IMG/VR virus record: IMGVR_UViG_3300014720_000003
Span: 1-64,000 of that record
Reading direction: 5' to 3' (one strand)
Source: a virus
Length of the DNA: 64,000 nt
The notes beneath the pieces were generated by a model. The model worked only from the letters and a program-made list of their open reading frames with translations. It had not been told where the DNA came from and made no database searches. A program made the translations under genes and the position numbers. Positions 1 to 9,679 of the stretch are shown here, piece by piece; position 1 is the stretch's first letter; each line of letters begins with the position of its first letter.

Positions 1-199
1 ACATTATACTGCCAAGACGGATGATAAGTATATCGTAGAATATTCTTGGTAAAATTTGCTGATGCTGTGTTATGATTGCAATAATCCTCAATAATACCTA
101 CCTTATCAATAGTGCTACTAGTATCCCTAAGATCACGAACCATTCCCCAAACATAATTAAAATCGTGAGTCATACAAATAGTCTCCTGTGTTGCTACCC

Positions 200-242
200 A
201 TTCTACACTACTGTTATCGGCTTGTCAAGTCACCGTTCTTGA
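200..242 (-). promoter_or_regulatory. composite early promoter (sigma70-type plus sigma28-like)
   Basis: Minus strand TTGACA-17-TAGAAT overlapped by TCAA-N17-GCCGATAA. Confidence 0.75.
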
Positions 243-580
243 ATTTTTCTTTTTGAAAGTAGATAATTCATAGCGTTGGTTATTCCTTCTAAACTATCGT
301 CGAATTTTCCTAATCCCGTGTTGCAGCGGTCGCACAACCATCCTCTAAAAGTATCATCACTATGATCGTGATCCATTGTCCATTTACGAGGAATCTTTTT
401 GCAACATTCACAAACTTCTGGTTTTGGTGGAGCCTTTTTATGTAGTTTGTTTCTTATCTTGGTTTGCTTTTTAATACAACTTCTACATCTACTATCCAGA
501 TTATCTTTATGAGAAATATGTTTGGGAAAACTTTTTAAGTTCTTCCTTTGTTTACAATAAAGACAAATTTTTCTGGGCAT
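230..580 (-). CDS. recombination endonuclease VII family nuclease
   Basis: CxxC pairs and DHDH...RGWLCxxCNxGLG motif. Confidence 0.85.
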   Translation of the reverse strand: MPRKICLYCKQRKNLKSFPKHISHKDNLDSRCRSCIKKQTKIRNKLHKKAPPKPEVCECCKKIPRKWTMDHDHSDDTFRGWLCDRCNTGLGKFDDSLEGITNAMNYLLSKRKIQER

Positions 581-582
581 AT

Positions 583-1284
583 TTAAGTGATAGAATCTTT
601 ATCTATCTTATTATAAGCATCTGATCTTTCTTGATTAGATTCTCCAGAGGACAAATCGGTATGATCATAATCCATAATATCTGTGTCTGGAGTTACCCAT
701 CTCATGTTTCTTTCAGCGGTCCATAGTGTGCTGTTGTATTTGCGATGAATCACAAGATCTTTTTTAATTGTGAACGATGGATCGTGCATAACCAATCTAT
801 TGTTTGGTTGAATAGCAAAATTACCATTATCCATCATGATAAAATGACCACACTTGTGTTGTGATGGAAATTCGCTCAGAGTAAAATCTGTATCCCCACT
901 ATCAGTAGAACTTGCCCAATCAAGAGTGAACAAATATCGTCCAGTATATTCTACTCGTCGGCGTGAAATAAATTTGCAAGTATGATTTCGTAGTATAGGA
1001 TACGAAGTTACCGAAACATGATAACTAAAAGAATCCCACAAGACTAACTCATCTAACTCTTGTTGTTCACTATCTTCTTTCCAACAAAAAGCATGAATGG
1101 GCATCCTCCACCACAATCCACCATCCTCCATAATAAAATGGAATAATGGTGCTTGTGCTGGTATAGAAGTCATACCAAAAATATAACACGGAAACTTTTT
1201 GTCAAAAGAATCTTCTTGATTGCGTAGAAAATTTCCACGCACATAACCACTAACAACAGGAATTGGAATGTTTAAGTATGCCAT
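583..1284 (-). CDS. conserved hypothetical phage protein
   Basis: 233-aa ORF; start moved to MAYLNIP because the longer ORF overlaps the tmRNA 3' end. Confidence 0.7.
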   Translation of the reverse strand: MAYLNIPIPVVSGYVRGNFLRNQEDSFDKKFPCYIFGMTSIPAQAPLFHFIMEDGGLWWRMPIHAFCWKEDSEQQELDELVLWDSFSYHVSVTSYPILRNHTCKFISRRRVEYTGRYLFTLDWASSTDSGDTDFTLSEFPSQHKCGHFIMMDNGNFAIQPNNRLVMHDPSFTIKKDLVIHRKYNSTLWTAERNMRWVTPDTDIMDYDHTDLSSGESNQERSDAYNKIDKDSIT

Positions 1285-1291
1285 ATTATTT

Positions 1292-1649
1292 TGGTGGATG
1301 CGGCGGGAATCGAACCCGCGTCCTAGCATAAATCAAATTACATCTTCTACAAGTTTATTTTGTTCATGAGTTAAATAGGAATACAGAACAAACAAGATTC
1401 ATCCTATCTTACCAACTGCTCTTAACCTACAACCCGTTGGATATTGTAAGTGCAGAGGGATTTAACATCAGACTTTTGATCGCTACCCTCATTCGCAATC
1501 GCAGTCTGTTACTGCCCTTTTTTGTCAGGCAGCAAGTGCTAACTGATTATTGCCAGTTAAAGCATTTAGTAGACTTTTATAGTGGCCTGTCTACCAACCA
1601 CTACTTGCTAACATAACTCTCCGTATGTAGTCGAAACCTTTACGCACCC
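1292..1649 (-). ncRNA. ssrA: tmRNA, tag peptide (A)GNNQLALAA
   Basis: 5' GGGTGCG..TTCGAC, 3' T-arm GGGTTCGATTCCC and CGCATCCACCA, G3-U pair; tag ORF GGC AAT AAT CAG TTA GCA CTT GCT GCC TGA at 1554-1525. Confidence 0.95.
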
Positions 1650-1741
1650 GTATTGTTTGTCCTAACTGTGATTGTCAATTACCAACGTACAAAGCCAAAA
1701 ATAAAGGTAATAGCACCAGACAATATTTTATAGTTCAGAAA

Positions 1742-1814
1742 TAGGGCCGGGTAGAATCGAACCACCTTGACGAATTTATAAGATTCGCATCTTAGACCAT
1801 TAGATGACGGCCCC
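1742..1814 (-). tRNA. tRNA-Ile(TAT)
   Basis: Cloverleaf; anticodon arm CGAAT-CTTATAA-ATTCG. Confidence 0.9.
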
Positions 1815-1845
1815 ATATTGTAAAAGATCAACCACCGACCAATAC

Positions 1846-1881
1846 ATTATACACTATCGACCAACCACTGTCAACCCTTGA
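1846..1881 (-). promoter_or_regulatory. composite promoter for tRNA-Ile/tmRNA
   Basis: TTGACA-17-TATAAT plus TCAA-N16-GTCGATA. Confidence 0.8.
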
Positions 1882-2212
1882 GTCTAAAATCCCAAATTTT
1901 CAAGTTGTATTCTTTGGCTAAATCAAACATCATCTGAGTTCCTTTTCCTCCAGTGAATAAAACGCAACCATCAGCATATTCTGCCATTTGTTTGTTTCGT
2001 AAGTATCCTGCTTTTTTGCCATAGGTTTTCCAATCAGCAGGAAAAATTTTAATTGGAATATTATTTTTTCTAGCCCATAATTCTCCACAAGAGTCAACCC
2101 CTCTTGCTGCTCCACTAACTACTTGAGAAATGTTGCTTGATAGTTCATCTAACTTTAGTATATCCTCATCGTTCAAATAGTAATCTCTCCCTCCAGCAAT
2201 AATAGTTTTCAT
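1871..2212 (-). CDS. SLOG family (YspA/DUF2493-like) protein
   Basis: IIAGGRDY, VSGAARGVD, ADW..YGKKAGYLRNKQM motifs. Confidence 0.85.
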   Translation of the reverse strand: MKTIIAGGRDYYLNDEDILKLDELSSNISQVVSGAARGVDSCGELWARKNNIPIKIFPADWKTYGKKAGYLRNKQMAEYADGCVLFTGGKGTQMMFDLAKEYNLKIWDFRLKG

Positions 2213-2742
2213 TTTGTAGACTCTATAAAATTTCTATACATAGCCATAACGATTCCACTAGTAGTTCCCACATTTAATGAACGAACACTACCATAATTGG
2301 GTATGGTAAGAATAACATTCGCACGATCTAGAATTAGATTACTCAGTCCTTTGTTTTCCTCTCCAAAAATAAATATTGGCTCAAGAGTATTGATAAATCT
2401 GTAGTGAAAAAGATTGATTGTTTTATCTTCATATTCTGGAATATTATTCTCTATTGCAATAAGAGTTCTTCCAGAACACTGGAGTAAGAAATATTCTTCA
2501 TCCTTATGATGGTAAATGGGAGTATAGTGGTGAGTTCCAACACTACCTCTTTTGTCCCACTTCTTTTTACCAACATAATGAACACTACGAAATCCAAAAA
2601 AGTTTGCATTACGAATCATTGTACTAAGATTAAAGTCTCCATTAATATTAATCATAGCAACACTAGCAGGAATACTAGTGCTATGACAATAGTTTTGAAT
2701 ATCTGGAATAGTGTAATCTTTAAGACTATCTATCACGTTCAT
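2209..2742 (-). CDS. SpoU/TrmH-family SPOUT RNA methyltransferase
   Basis: NLSTMIRNA, FGEENKGL, IP.YG.VRSLNV motifs. Confidence 0.9.
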   Translation of the reverse strand: MNVIDSLKDYTIPDIQNYCHSTSIPASVAMININGDFNLSTMIRNANFFGFRSVHYVGKKKWDKRGSVGTHHYTPIYHHKDEEYFLLQCSGRTLIAIENNIPEYEDKTINLFHYRFINTLEPIFIFGEENKGLSNLILDRANVILTIPNYGSVRSLNVGTTSGIVMAMYRNFIESTK

Positions 2743-2837
2743 TTTCCAAATCTCTTAGTTGTTGTTCCAAAGTTTCCAGTTGATTATACATAGAGATACA
2801 GTTGGTACAGAAGTCTGAACTAATATATTCTCTGGTA

Positions 2838-3272
2838 TCAGCAATCCTGTTCTTTATTGCCCATATCTTTTCGTCTAGACTTAGGTTTGGATCGTTTAGC
2901 ATTTGGCTTTTTCTCTTTCTTAGTCTGGTTGTCTTTTGCCCAAAACACCATCTCGTTCAGATCATTATCCCAGGCACATTCAATAAGGTCTTGACTAGCC
3001 AATTTTGCCAAACCAATATTATGAATCCAAACAGCAACATCTTCGTAAATACTTTCGTTGATAGTTTCATCAAGCATTGGTCGATCCATATCATCATATC
3101 CAATGCACTTTTGCTTGACCAAATTAATAATTTGACCAACTGAAATATAATTATCAAGATCATCCGATGGAGCATCAGAGAATGTTTTTGCTGCTGCACT
3201 TCTGATTTCTTGAGAATATCCATCCAAATTAGTGATAGCATAAACTTCTGGTTCTGACATTGTATTCTCCAA
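2838..3272 (-). CDS. hypothetical protein
   Basis: ORF in tightly packed minus-strand operon. Confidence 0.65.
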   Translation of the reverse strand: MENTMSEPEVYAITNLDGYSQEIRSAAAKTFSDAPSDDLDNYISVGQIINLVKQKCIGYDDMDRPMLDETINESIYEDVAVWIHNIGLAKLASQDLIECAWDNDLNEMVFWAKDNQTKKEKKPNAKRSKPKSRRKDMGNKEQDC

Positions 3273-3533
3273 TTATTGAATAAACTTAGATACACCACCG
3301 CCACTATGATCTTTGTCTCTAATTCGGTCAATAGTGTTTTGTAAAGTTAATTGTCCTCTAGGAAGCCACTTGGTATCATTATACAGGGCAGTCAATATCT
3401 GAGGAATCCAATGTTGATAAGCATCAGAATATTCTTTGGGAAAATTCTCTTTCAACAGAGTTTGCATAGCCCGAATATCTTTACTAATATTCTCTCGTAA
3501 ATCAAGCAGAATATTGATATGATCGGTATTCAT
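3273..3533 (-). CDS. hypothetical protein
   Basis: Start MNTDH overlaps the upstream stop. Confidence 0.6.
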   Translation of the reverse strand: MNTDHINILLDLRENISKDIRAMQTLLKENFPKEYSDAYQHWIPQILTALYNDTKWLPRGQLTLQNTIDRIRDKDHSGGGVSKFIQ

Positions 3534-3955
3534 TATGCAAATTCTCGGTTGGACACAACATCTTTCCTCTTGAGTTTCAGAATCTTGTGGCGAGTTTTCC
3601 ATACTCCAGTTTCGGGATTTTGATGATCTGGACCCATATAGATATGGGCGAATCCAGTATTCTTATCAATACCCCAGGCTTGAATACCCTTGCTATCAAT
3701 TTTCTCCACAATAAACTTACCCCTATAACCCATAGGAATAAGTTCGCCATTATGGATATAGTATGGACCGCCACCAACCTTAATCCTATCTCCTTTAGCA
3801 AGGTCTGTCCAAGTAAAATCCTTAATAACCTTCATAGTTTTCTTTTCGGTATTAGTTACCTTGAAAGAAAAGATATGATTACAATTCTTGCAAACATAGG
3901 CTCGCGGACCAGTAAGATTTCCGCAATCTGGACAAGTTTTTTTGCCTTTTGGCAT
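3533..3955 (-). CDS. zinc-ribbon protein
   Basis: CPDCG...CKNC at N-terminus; GGAG RBS. Confidence 0.7.
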   Translation of the reverse strand: MPKGKKTCPDCGNLTGPRAYVCKNCNHIFSFKVTNTEKKTMKVIKDFTWTDLAKGDRIKVGGGPYYIHNGELIPMGYRGKFIVEKIDSKGIQAWGIDKNTGFAHIYMGPDHQNPETGVWKTRHKILKLKRKDVVSNREFA

Positions 3956-3984
3956 CGTGTTTCTCCGTTGTTAGTGATAACCCA

Positions 3985-4025
3985 AGTATACCACAGTTAT
4001 CGGCGTTGTCAAGATGGATTCTTTA
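3985..4025 (-). promoter_or_regulatory. composite early promoter
   Basis: TTGACA-16-TATACT plus TAAA-N17-GCCGATAA. Confidence 0.75.
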
Positions 4026-4230
4026 GCCCATCTACCAGTGTGAGTTTGCCAGGAATATAATGAGCAAAATAACTACTATGAATTTTTCGTTTGATTAAAT
4101 TGTCCTGATAAGTCTCAATATAAATATTAATTCGATATCTATTATCCCACACATTAATAATCTTGGTCATTAGATGATTCTTGGGCTTTTCAACTTGCTT
4201 AAAAAGCAAACTTTCAATTTCAAGATCCAT
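4009..4230 (-). CDS. hypothetical protein
   Basis: Translationally coupled ORF. Confidence 0.6.
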   Translation of the reverse strand: MDLEIESLLFKQVEKPKNHLMTKIINVWDNRYRINIYIETYQDNLIKRKIHSSYFAHYIPGKLTLVDGLKNPS

Positions 4231-4427
4231 TAGTCGTTTTCTCCAATTCTATCGGTATCAATAGACAAACTAATTTTTCCGTCTGGCATTTCAATAAAAT
4301 CAGTATCAGAATACTGTAATGTTGCAAAATCGAAGACTTTTACTTCTTCTTGCCAGGGAAATTGCCCAAGATTTTTTAGATCGTTGGCTCTTTCATTTAG
4401 GAATTTAAAAAGATCAACCCATTTCAT
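4230..4427 (-). CDS. hypothetical protein
   Basis: Translationally coupled ORF. Confidence 0.6.
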   Translation of the reverse strand: MKWVDLFKFLNERANDLKNLGQFPWQEEVKVFDFATLQYSDTDFIEMPDGKISLSIDTDRIGEND

Positions 4428-4642
4428 CTTGCTCTCCTATTCGCTCTATGAAGTTTACGAATAGTTTCAGTGGCATTAGATGGAACCATAACAAGACTAG
4501 GAGCAGTTTTGTGTCCCCAATCCATAAAGCCAATCGCTCTAGTTTCTCTAGAACAACTAATGCAAACCAGGGTTCTCCCCGTGTCATTAAGAAACTCTAA
4601 TCTCGACTCTGGAATCGCACTATCACAATAAATACAATTCAT
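4424..4642 (-). CDS. DksA/TraR-like C4 zinc finger protein
   Basis: CxxC..IPESRLE...CxxC pattern. Confidence 0.65.
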   Translation of the reverse strand: MNCIYCDSAIPESRLEFLNDTGRTLVCISCSRETRAIGFMDWGHKTAPSLVMVPSNATETIRKLHRANRRAR

Positions 4643-4662
4643 AGGTATCCTCCGTTGGATGG

Positions 4663-4701
4663 ATTATACCATAGTATCGTCCGTTGTCAAGCGAACCTTT
4701 A
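4663..4701 (-). promoter_or_regulatory. composite early promoter
   Basis: TTGACA-16-TATAAT plus TAAA-N16-GACGATA. Confidence 0.75.
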
Positions 4702-4710
4702 AGGAAAGCA

Positions 4711-5259
4711 TCACTGTAAACTATTATAGACAGATAAAAATTTATCTATAAATACTGTGTGCATAGATTGTTTATAACACTGTTCAGCAAATATACCATC
4801 AGCATCTCTCATTGGTAATTTCCATTCCAAATTTTTGCAAATCTCATAAGATACTAAAAAATTATGAGTATCAATATAATTAAGTTTAATTTGTTTTGAT
4901 AATAACCTTACAGTACCGTCTTTCCATAATTGTTTAAACCATATGAAATCATATTTTTCTAAATCATAAATATTTTCCCATAGTTTTGGATGAATAATTG
5001 TGTCGTCATCATTAAAATAAACGTGTCCATATTCAACTTTTGACAATCCATAATTTCTTTGAGCATTACCATAAACACTATTTTTATTTGTTGTGTAAAA
5101 AATATCAGTATTTTTTGATATTTTTGATATTTTTGTATGTATCTTACTTGTATCTACAATAATAATCCAACGATAGTTCTTGGATGGAATATTAATACTA
5201 TCAGCAATTTTAGATAGATTATCTGGTCTAGAACAAGGAGTTATGATATTAAGAAACAT
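4711..5259 (-). CDS. GT-A fold (GT2-like) glycosyltransferase
   Basis: IITP.SR, G..QRNYGL, YFNDDD motifs. Confidence 0.75.
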   Translation of the reverse strand: MFLNIITPCSRPDNLSKIADSINIPSKNYRWIIIVDTSKIHTKISKISKNTDIFYTTNKNSVYGNAQRNYGLSKVEYGHVYFNDDDTIIHPKLWENIYDLEKYDFIWFKQLWKDGTVRLLSKQIKLNYIDTHNFLVSYEICKNLEWKLPMRDADGIFAEQCYKQSMHTVFIDKFLSVYNSLQ

Positions 5260-5261
5260 GA

Positions 5262-5675
5262 TTATAATCTAGTAAAAGAACCATCATCATTACTGTGATA
5301 GCAAGAATTTAAACCTACAGCATTTAATAGTTTATTACAATTTTCGCACGGTTTACTTCCGAGAATTAATCCTTTCCTGTTGATACGCAATACCACAATA
5401 TTCCAATTAGGATCAATGGTATTATAGTTATCCAGCAAGTTGCTAATAAGATGACTTTCAGCGTGAACAAAAGGATATTCGATATACTTGGGCAAATTAA
5501 ATTGTTCACCAATTCTGTGTGCCTTGGCATTGGTTTTGATGGGATTATTCTGAGCAAAACAAATCATCTTATTGCCATCAAATGCGGCAGCATAATGATA
5601 GCATCTAATCAGTTTGCTCGGTTTCCAATTTTTGTATGCTTTCCGAATTGTTTTCCAAATTATTTTCATGATCAA
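5262..5675 (-). CDS. cytidine/deoxycytidylate deaminase-like protein
   Basis: HAE and SKPCENC zinc-binding motifs. Confidence 0.85.
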   Translation of the reverse strand: MIMKIIWKTIRKAYKNWKPSKLIRCYHYAAAFDGNKMICFAQNNPIKTNAKAHRIGEQFNLPKYIEYPFVHAESHLISNLLDNYNTIDPNWNIVVLRINRKGLILGSKPCENCNKLLNAVGLNSCYHSNDDGSFTRL

Positions 5676-5780
5676 TATCTTTATGCCAAATATCTTCAGT
5701 TATTTCTTCAGGATATAATCTAATTTTTGTTGGTTCTTTGGTTCTTGGATTATTTGTAAGAGGAAATTTTGTAGGTTCTT

Positions 5781-6191
5781 TCATAAGTCACCAACAATAT
5801 GATATTTCATTCCTCTTGGAATAAAATGTTCTTCGTATTGATCAAAATCAAAATATTTACGAGCAAAATCAAACACAGTTTTAGGATCAAACTGAGAACA
5901 CGAATAAACATCTAAACTAATAAATCGTTTGGGTTCTATAGCATGAATTTGTATACCACTCTCAATTAAACCAACCCAACCACTAACACCATACTTATCT
6001 GGATATATCTCACGACCATTATCTGTGGGACCATGAACAACTACCGGCGGAGTCATTCGTGTCATTTTGATTTCATCAACAAGTTTTTCTAAAAAACGAT
6101 AGATTAACTCTAGATCATCCGCACTACCAACCTTGGTATTATACATATCTAGAAAATAACTATATCCGAAAGGTTTGTTTTCTTGACTCAT
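5781..6191 (-). CDS. speD: S-adenosylmethionine decarboxylase proenzyme-like protein
   Basis: GVSG..LIES.I.IH and LDVYSC motifs. Confidence 0.8.
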   Translation of the reverse strand: MSQENKPFGYSYFLDMYNTKVGSADDLELIYRFLEKLVDEIKMTRMTPPVVVHGPTDNGREIYPDKYGVSGWVGLIESGIQIHAIEPKRFISLDVYSCSQFDPKTVFDFARKYFDFDQYEEHFIPRGMKYHIVGDL

Positions 6192-6201
6192 TTGAATATC
6201 C

Positions 6202-6345
6202 TCAGTGTGCTAAAATATATAGTCCGATATTAGAAAAAGCATAACCACAATAAGCATAAAACATACCAATATTACCCTTATAGGCTTGTTCTAGAGCAAC
6301 ATAAAGATAAATCACACCAGTAAATGCTATTAACCAAGCACTCAT
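6202..6345 (-). CDS. small membrane protein
   Basis: Hydrophobic ORF starting MSAWLIAF. Confidence 0.55.
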   Translation of the reverse strand: MSAWLIAFTGVIYLYVALEQAYKGNIGMFYAYCGYAFSNIGLYILAH

Positions 6346-6488
6346 AAATTTGTTTCTTTCTCTCTGCGGTGTATTATAATTGTGGTATGTGCGAGATACC
6401 AACCTATAGTATAATAATCAGAAAACGCTCTCTCGGCAATTACTCGCACTAATTGTTGTTTGAGCGTTTTTTGTTATAAGGTCTGACA

Positions 6489-7070
6489 ATGAATTATACC
6501 AAAGTTTGCAAAGCGTGTCAAGAGGAATTTCCTGCGACTAGCGAATATTTTCACAAATCAAAAGGAAGTAAGTTTGGTTGTAGAAACAAGTGCAAAAAAT
6601 GTGTTGCTAATACAACTGATAGAGAAGCAAGGAAAAAGTATTATAAGCAATATTATGAAAAAAATAAAATTAAAGTAATAAAGTCTCAATTAGAATATAT
6701 TAAAAATAATAGAGATAAAGTTAATCAAAGACATAATAATAAATATTACTCTGATATTAACTATAAAATGAAACACAATCTAAAAAGACGAATGAATAAT
6801 GCTATCAAAGGACACTTCAAGGATTGTTCAACTTTAAAATTATTAGGTTGTGATTTAGAAACAGTAAGAAAACATTTAGAATCTAAATTTACCAAAGGTA
6901 TGAGTTGGCATAATTATGGAAAGTGGCATATAGATCATATTATGCCTTGTGCTAGTTTTGATCTAAGCGATCCAGAACAACAGAGAAAATGTTTTCATTA
7001 TTCTAATTTGCAGCCATTGTGGGAGGCAGACAATATCCGAAAAGGGGATAAAGTTCCCGATATTGTTTAA
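6489..7070 (+). CDS. free-standing HNH endonuclease
   Basis: WHIDHIMPC...FHYSNLQPLW..DN..K; N-terminal CxxC; opposite strand to neighbours. Confidence 0.9.
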   Translation: MNYTKVCKACQEEFPATSEYFHKSKGSKFGCRNKCKKCVANTTDREARKKYYKQYYEKNKIKVIKSQLEYIKNNRDKVNQRHNNKYYSDINYKMKHNLKRRMNNAIKGHFKDCSTLKLLGCDLETVRKHLESKFTKGMSWHNYGKWHIDHIMPCASFDLSDPEQQRKCFHYSNLQPLWEADNIRKGDKVPDIV

Positions 7071-7956
7071 TAGCATAATCCTTCATTTTAACTTCATAGT
7101 CTAGATCAAACTCAAGACCGTAAGTATTAATTGGTTCAACAGCATAGTCTGAATGTTTGCGAGGATTATTTCCCGGTGCTGATTCACTATAATGAAATAG
7201 TGGCAAATTACATCCTGCGGTTAACCATGTTTCGTGACAACGATGAATAGCCATTTCTTCACTCAAATTATCTGGATGACATTTGTGGTGAAGATAGTCG
7301 AAACAGATAGGGATACCTGTAATACGATGAAAAATATCTGTTAGTTGTTTTACGCTCCAACAATTAAGTTTATCATCACATTCTATCGTAATGCGTTTTT
7401 GACAATTTTCATCTAACTTTTTGAAATTATTATAAAACCTATGAGATATTTCTTCTCTAGTTCCATTGTTGTTATGCACATGAAGATTCATCGGGTTGTT
7501 ATAATTTGCTTCAAGACCAATTCTGTCGAAGAAACTGCTGTAGAAATTGAGTTCTGTGATTGTTTTATCCACGGCTTTCTGGTTAGTGGAAGCGAGGACA
7601 TTAAATTCACTAGGATGAGCAGAAACACGAACCCCAGTGCGGGAAATAGTTTGTGCAATATTATCAAACTCGTCTTGAATAGCATCATGATTAGGTAAAT
7701 CTTCTAGGCTAACATTAGCCTCGTCAAAAGTAATTAGAGGAAAAATATCGCTACTAACTCGGTAAACATAATTATTTTCAGCACAAAATTCAATAGTCTT
7801 ATCTGTTACCATAAGATTGTTTTGAATTCTGCTACCAAGAATTTCTAGTGCTTCTTCTCTTGGTAAACTAGAAAAACGCTTATAGGTCATAGTCTGATGA
7901 CTAAAACCATCCTCTTTAAGTTTGAGACTAATACAGCAAAGGCCGAGTCTGTTCAT
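7003..7956 (-). CDS. uvsE: UV damage endonuclease
   Basis: LGLCCI, YRVSSDIFP, RVSAHP, FDYLHH, FHYSES, RKHSDY motifs. Confidence 0.92.
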   Translation of the reverse strand: MNRLGLCCISLKLKEDGFSHQTMTYKRFSSLPREEALEILGSRIQNNLMVTDKTIEFCAENNYVYRVSSDIFPLITFDEANVSLEDLPNHDAIQDEFDNIAQTISRTGVRVSAHPSEFNVLASTNQKAVDKTITELNFYSSFFDRIGLEANYNNPMNLHVHNNNGTREEISHRFYNNFKKLDENCQKRITIECDDKLNCWSVKQLTDIFHRITGIPICFDYLHHKCHPDNLSEEMAIHRCHETWLTAGCNLPLFHYSESAPGNNPRKHSDYAVEPINTYGLEFDLDYEVKMKDYAIKQYRELYPLFGYCLPPTMAAN

Positions 7957-7963
7957 GGGTGAA

Positions 7964-8003
7964 ATCATACCACAGTATCGTCAAAAGTCAAGCAGCGTCT
8001 TGA
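7964..8003 (-). promoter_or_regulatory. composite promoter, probable leaderless uvsE transcript
   Basis: TTGACT-16-TATGAT-7-ATG plus TCAA-N17-GACGATA. Confidence 0.65.
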
Positions 8004-8179
8004 GAAATTTCTTCCGCACTATAAATTTTAAGCACAGCATATTCTGCATCTAAGCCTAGTTTGAATACCAGTTCTGCTAAGTTTGCATCGTCAGCATGAA
8101 CCAATTCATTTACTAAAATTGTTTGTCTATATTGATCAGATTTTTTATATATTTGTGCTGTTACATTAAACTGTTTCAT
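7988..8179 (-). CDS. hypothetical protein
   Basis: ORF MKQFNV overlapping the thyX end. Confidence 0.55.
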   Translation of the reverse strand: MKQFNVTAQIYKKSDQYRQTILVNELVHADDANLAELVFKLGLDAEYAVLKIYSAEEISQDAA

Positions 8180-8816
8180 TTTTCCACCCCAAAGCCTCAC
8201 TAGTAATAGGAAATTGTTCAGTAAAAATACGTTTACATTCTTTGGCTATGATTTGATGTTCTTTTTGAGTACCATTACTAGATCGTAGTTCAATATAGTG
8301 GAGCCATGAGCGAATTGATCCACTCATATAAAGTCGAGTGGGAGTTGCTAGTGGTAATATGAATCTGGCACACTCTTTTGCTATTCCATCACCTATCATA
8401 CCATCATATAACGCTTTTGATCTAGCAAAATGCTCACGAATTTTAGTATTCCATTTTACTTTGGTTTCAACTTGTATATCATCTATGCTGTTTTGTCGAT
8501 TTTTATTATCTTGACGACGAAGTTCAAACAATGGTATTTCTTCTGATAATAATGTTGTATCAGCATATCGCTGAGAAAATTCTTGATAAGTAAAACTTCT
8601 GTGTCGTAGAATTTGAGCAGCAAGTCCTCTTGTGGTATTAATTTCCACAGTCATAAATGCCATCTCAAAAATACTCCAGTGTTGATGGTCTATGCAGTAT
8701 TTTAATAGTTTGGATATATTATCATTATTCTGATTGTTAGGATTGCTTACTCTAGCACAGTATGCTATGTGTTTTTCTGCATCTGGAGTAACGCTTACTA
8801 GTTTCACATTATCCAT
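8166..8816 (-). CDS. thyX: FAD-dependent thymidylate synthase
   Basis: [14 protein letters not shown] signature; HWSIFE. Confidence 0.96.
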   Translation of the reverse strand: MDNVKLVSVTPDAEKHIAYCARVSNPNNQNNDNISKLLKYCIDHQHWSIFEMAFMTVEINTTRGLAAQILRHRSFTYQEFSQRYADTTLLSEEIPLFELRRQDNKNRQNSIDDIQVETKVKWNTKIREHFARSKALYDGMIGDGIAKECARFILPLATPTRLYMSGSIRSWLHYIELRSSNGTQKEHQIIAKECKRIFTEQFPITSEALGWKNETV

Positions 8817-9066
8817 AATTACTATCACTAATATGAGCGTCTGTTTTTTCTAGATTGTTTTGATATTCTTTTTGGTATTCAACCCACTTATTATCTGTTA
8901 TATGATTGAAAATCGCTCTAGCAAGTTTACTAACACTTGGAGCAACACCATTAGCATTAGGATCATTAGAATCCAATTTTGCCCAATAATACTGATTATC
9001 GTCCTTATCTTTAATAGTCTCATAGCCTTTATTCTTTGCCCAACTTTTAGTTTCTTTCCAAAGCAT
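8809..9066 (-). CDS. hypothetical protein
   Basis: Coupled ORF. Confidence 0.6.
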   Translation of the reverse strand: MLWKETKSWAKNKGYETIKDKDDNQYYWAKLDSNDPNANGVAPSVSKLARAIFNHITDNKWVEYQKEYQNNLEKTDAHISDSNYG

Positions 9067-9067
9067 A

Positions 9068-9679
9068 TTATGTTCCGTGCTTGTATTTTTGATAGAGTGA
9101 GTTTATTTTTCTAAAAACTTCTGGTGGGGTATTATCTACGATAAATTTATCTTCATTATCTGTTATGTATGCTTGAAGTTCATCGTTTAATACATCGTTA
9201 TTATAACCTTTGTCTAAGATAAACTGTCTTACCTTTTTCATTTTTTTCTTGTTGTTGTCTAATATAGAGTTAACTGTTCGTGCATATTGATCATTTGTGG
9301 AATACAAAGCATGACTTAATTCGTGTCTTAAAGTTGCATAATCTTGAGCGCCAATAATATAGAAGTTATCGTGTCTGTATCTAAAAAATTCTAGCAGATT
9401 AGTCTCGTATTCTGTTAGTGGATCAAATAAACCTTTTTTAAATAGGTCTAATACTTTACTTGGAAAATTAAAACCAATCCAATCTTTGTGATAAGTATCT
9501 CCACCATAAGTTAGAGAATACCATGCTCGTAATTGTCCAACTGTGAAAATTTTATCTCTAAAATCTGGATTAACACTCTCGTAATGCTCTTGAAAACGCA
9601 TAAAGGATAGAGACAATTCTTCCTGAGAATCTGCTTTTATCCACACGCTATTATGCGGTTGTTTTTGGATAGTGAGCAT
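9068..9679 (-). CDS. hypothetical protein with HExxH motif (possible metallopeptidase)
   Basis: TLRHELSHALY and downstream DELQAY. Confidence 0.6.
   Translation of the reverse strand: MLTIQKQPHNSVWIKADSQEELSLSFMRFQEHYESVNPDFRDKIFTVGQLRAWYSLTYGGDTYHKDWIGFNFPSKVLDLFKKGLFDPLTEYETNLLEFFRYRHDNFYIIGAQDYATLRHELSHALYSTNDQYARTVNSILDNNKKKMKKVRQFILDKGYNNDVLNDELQAYITDNEDKFIVDNTPPEVFRKINSLYQKYKHGT

Noticed and set aside
1285-1329. N-terminal extension MLGRGFDSRRIHQNN of ORF 583-1329
   Set aside because: It is the tmRNA 3' end
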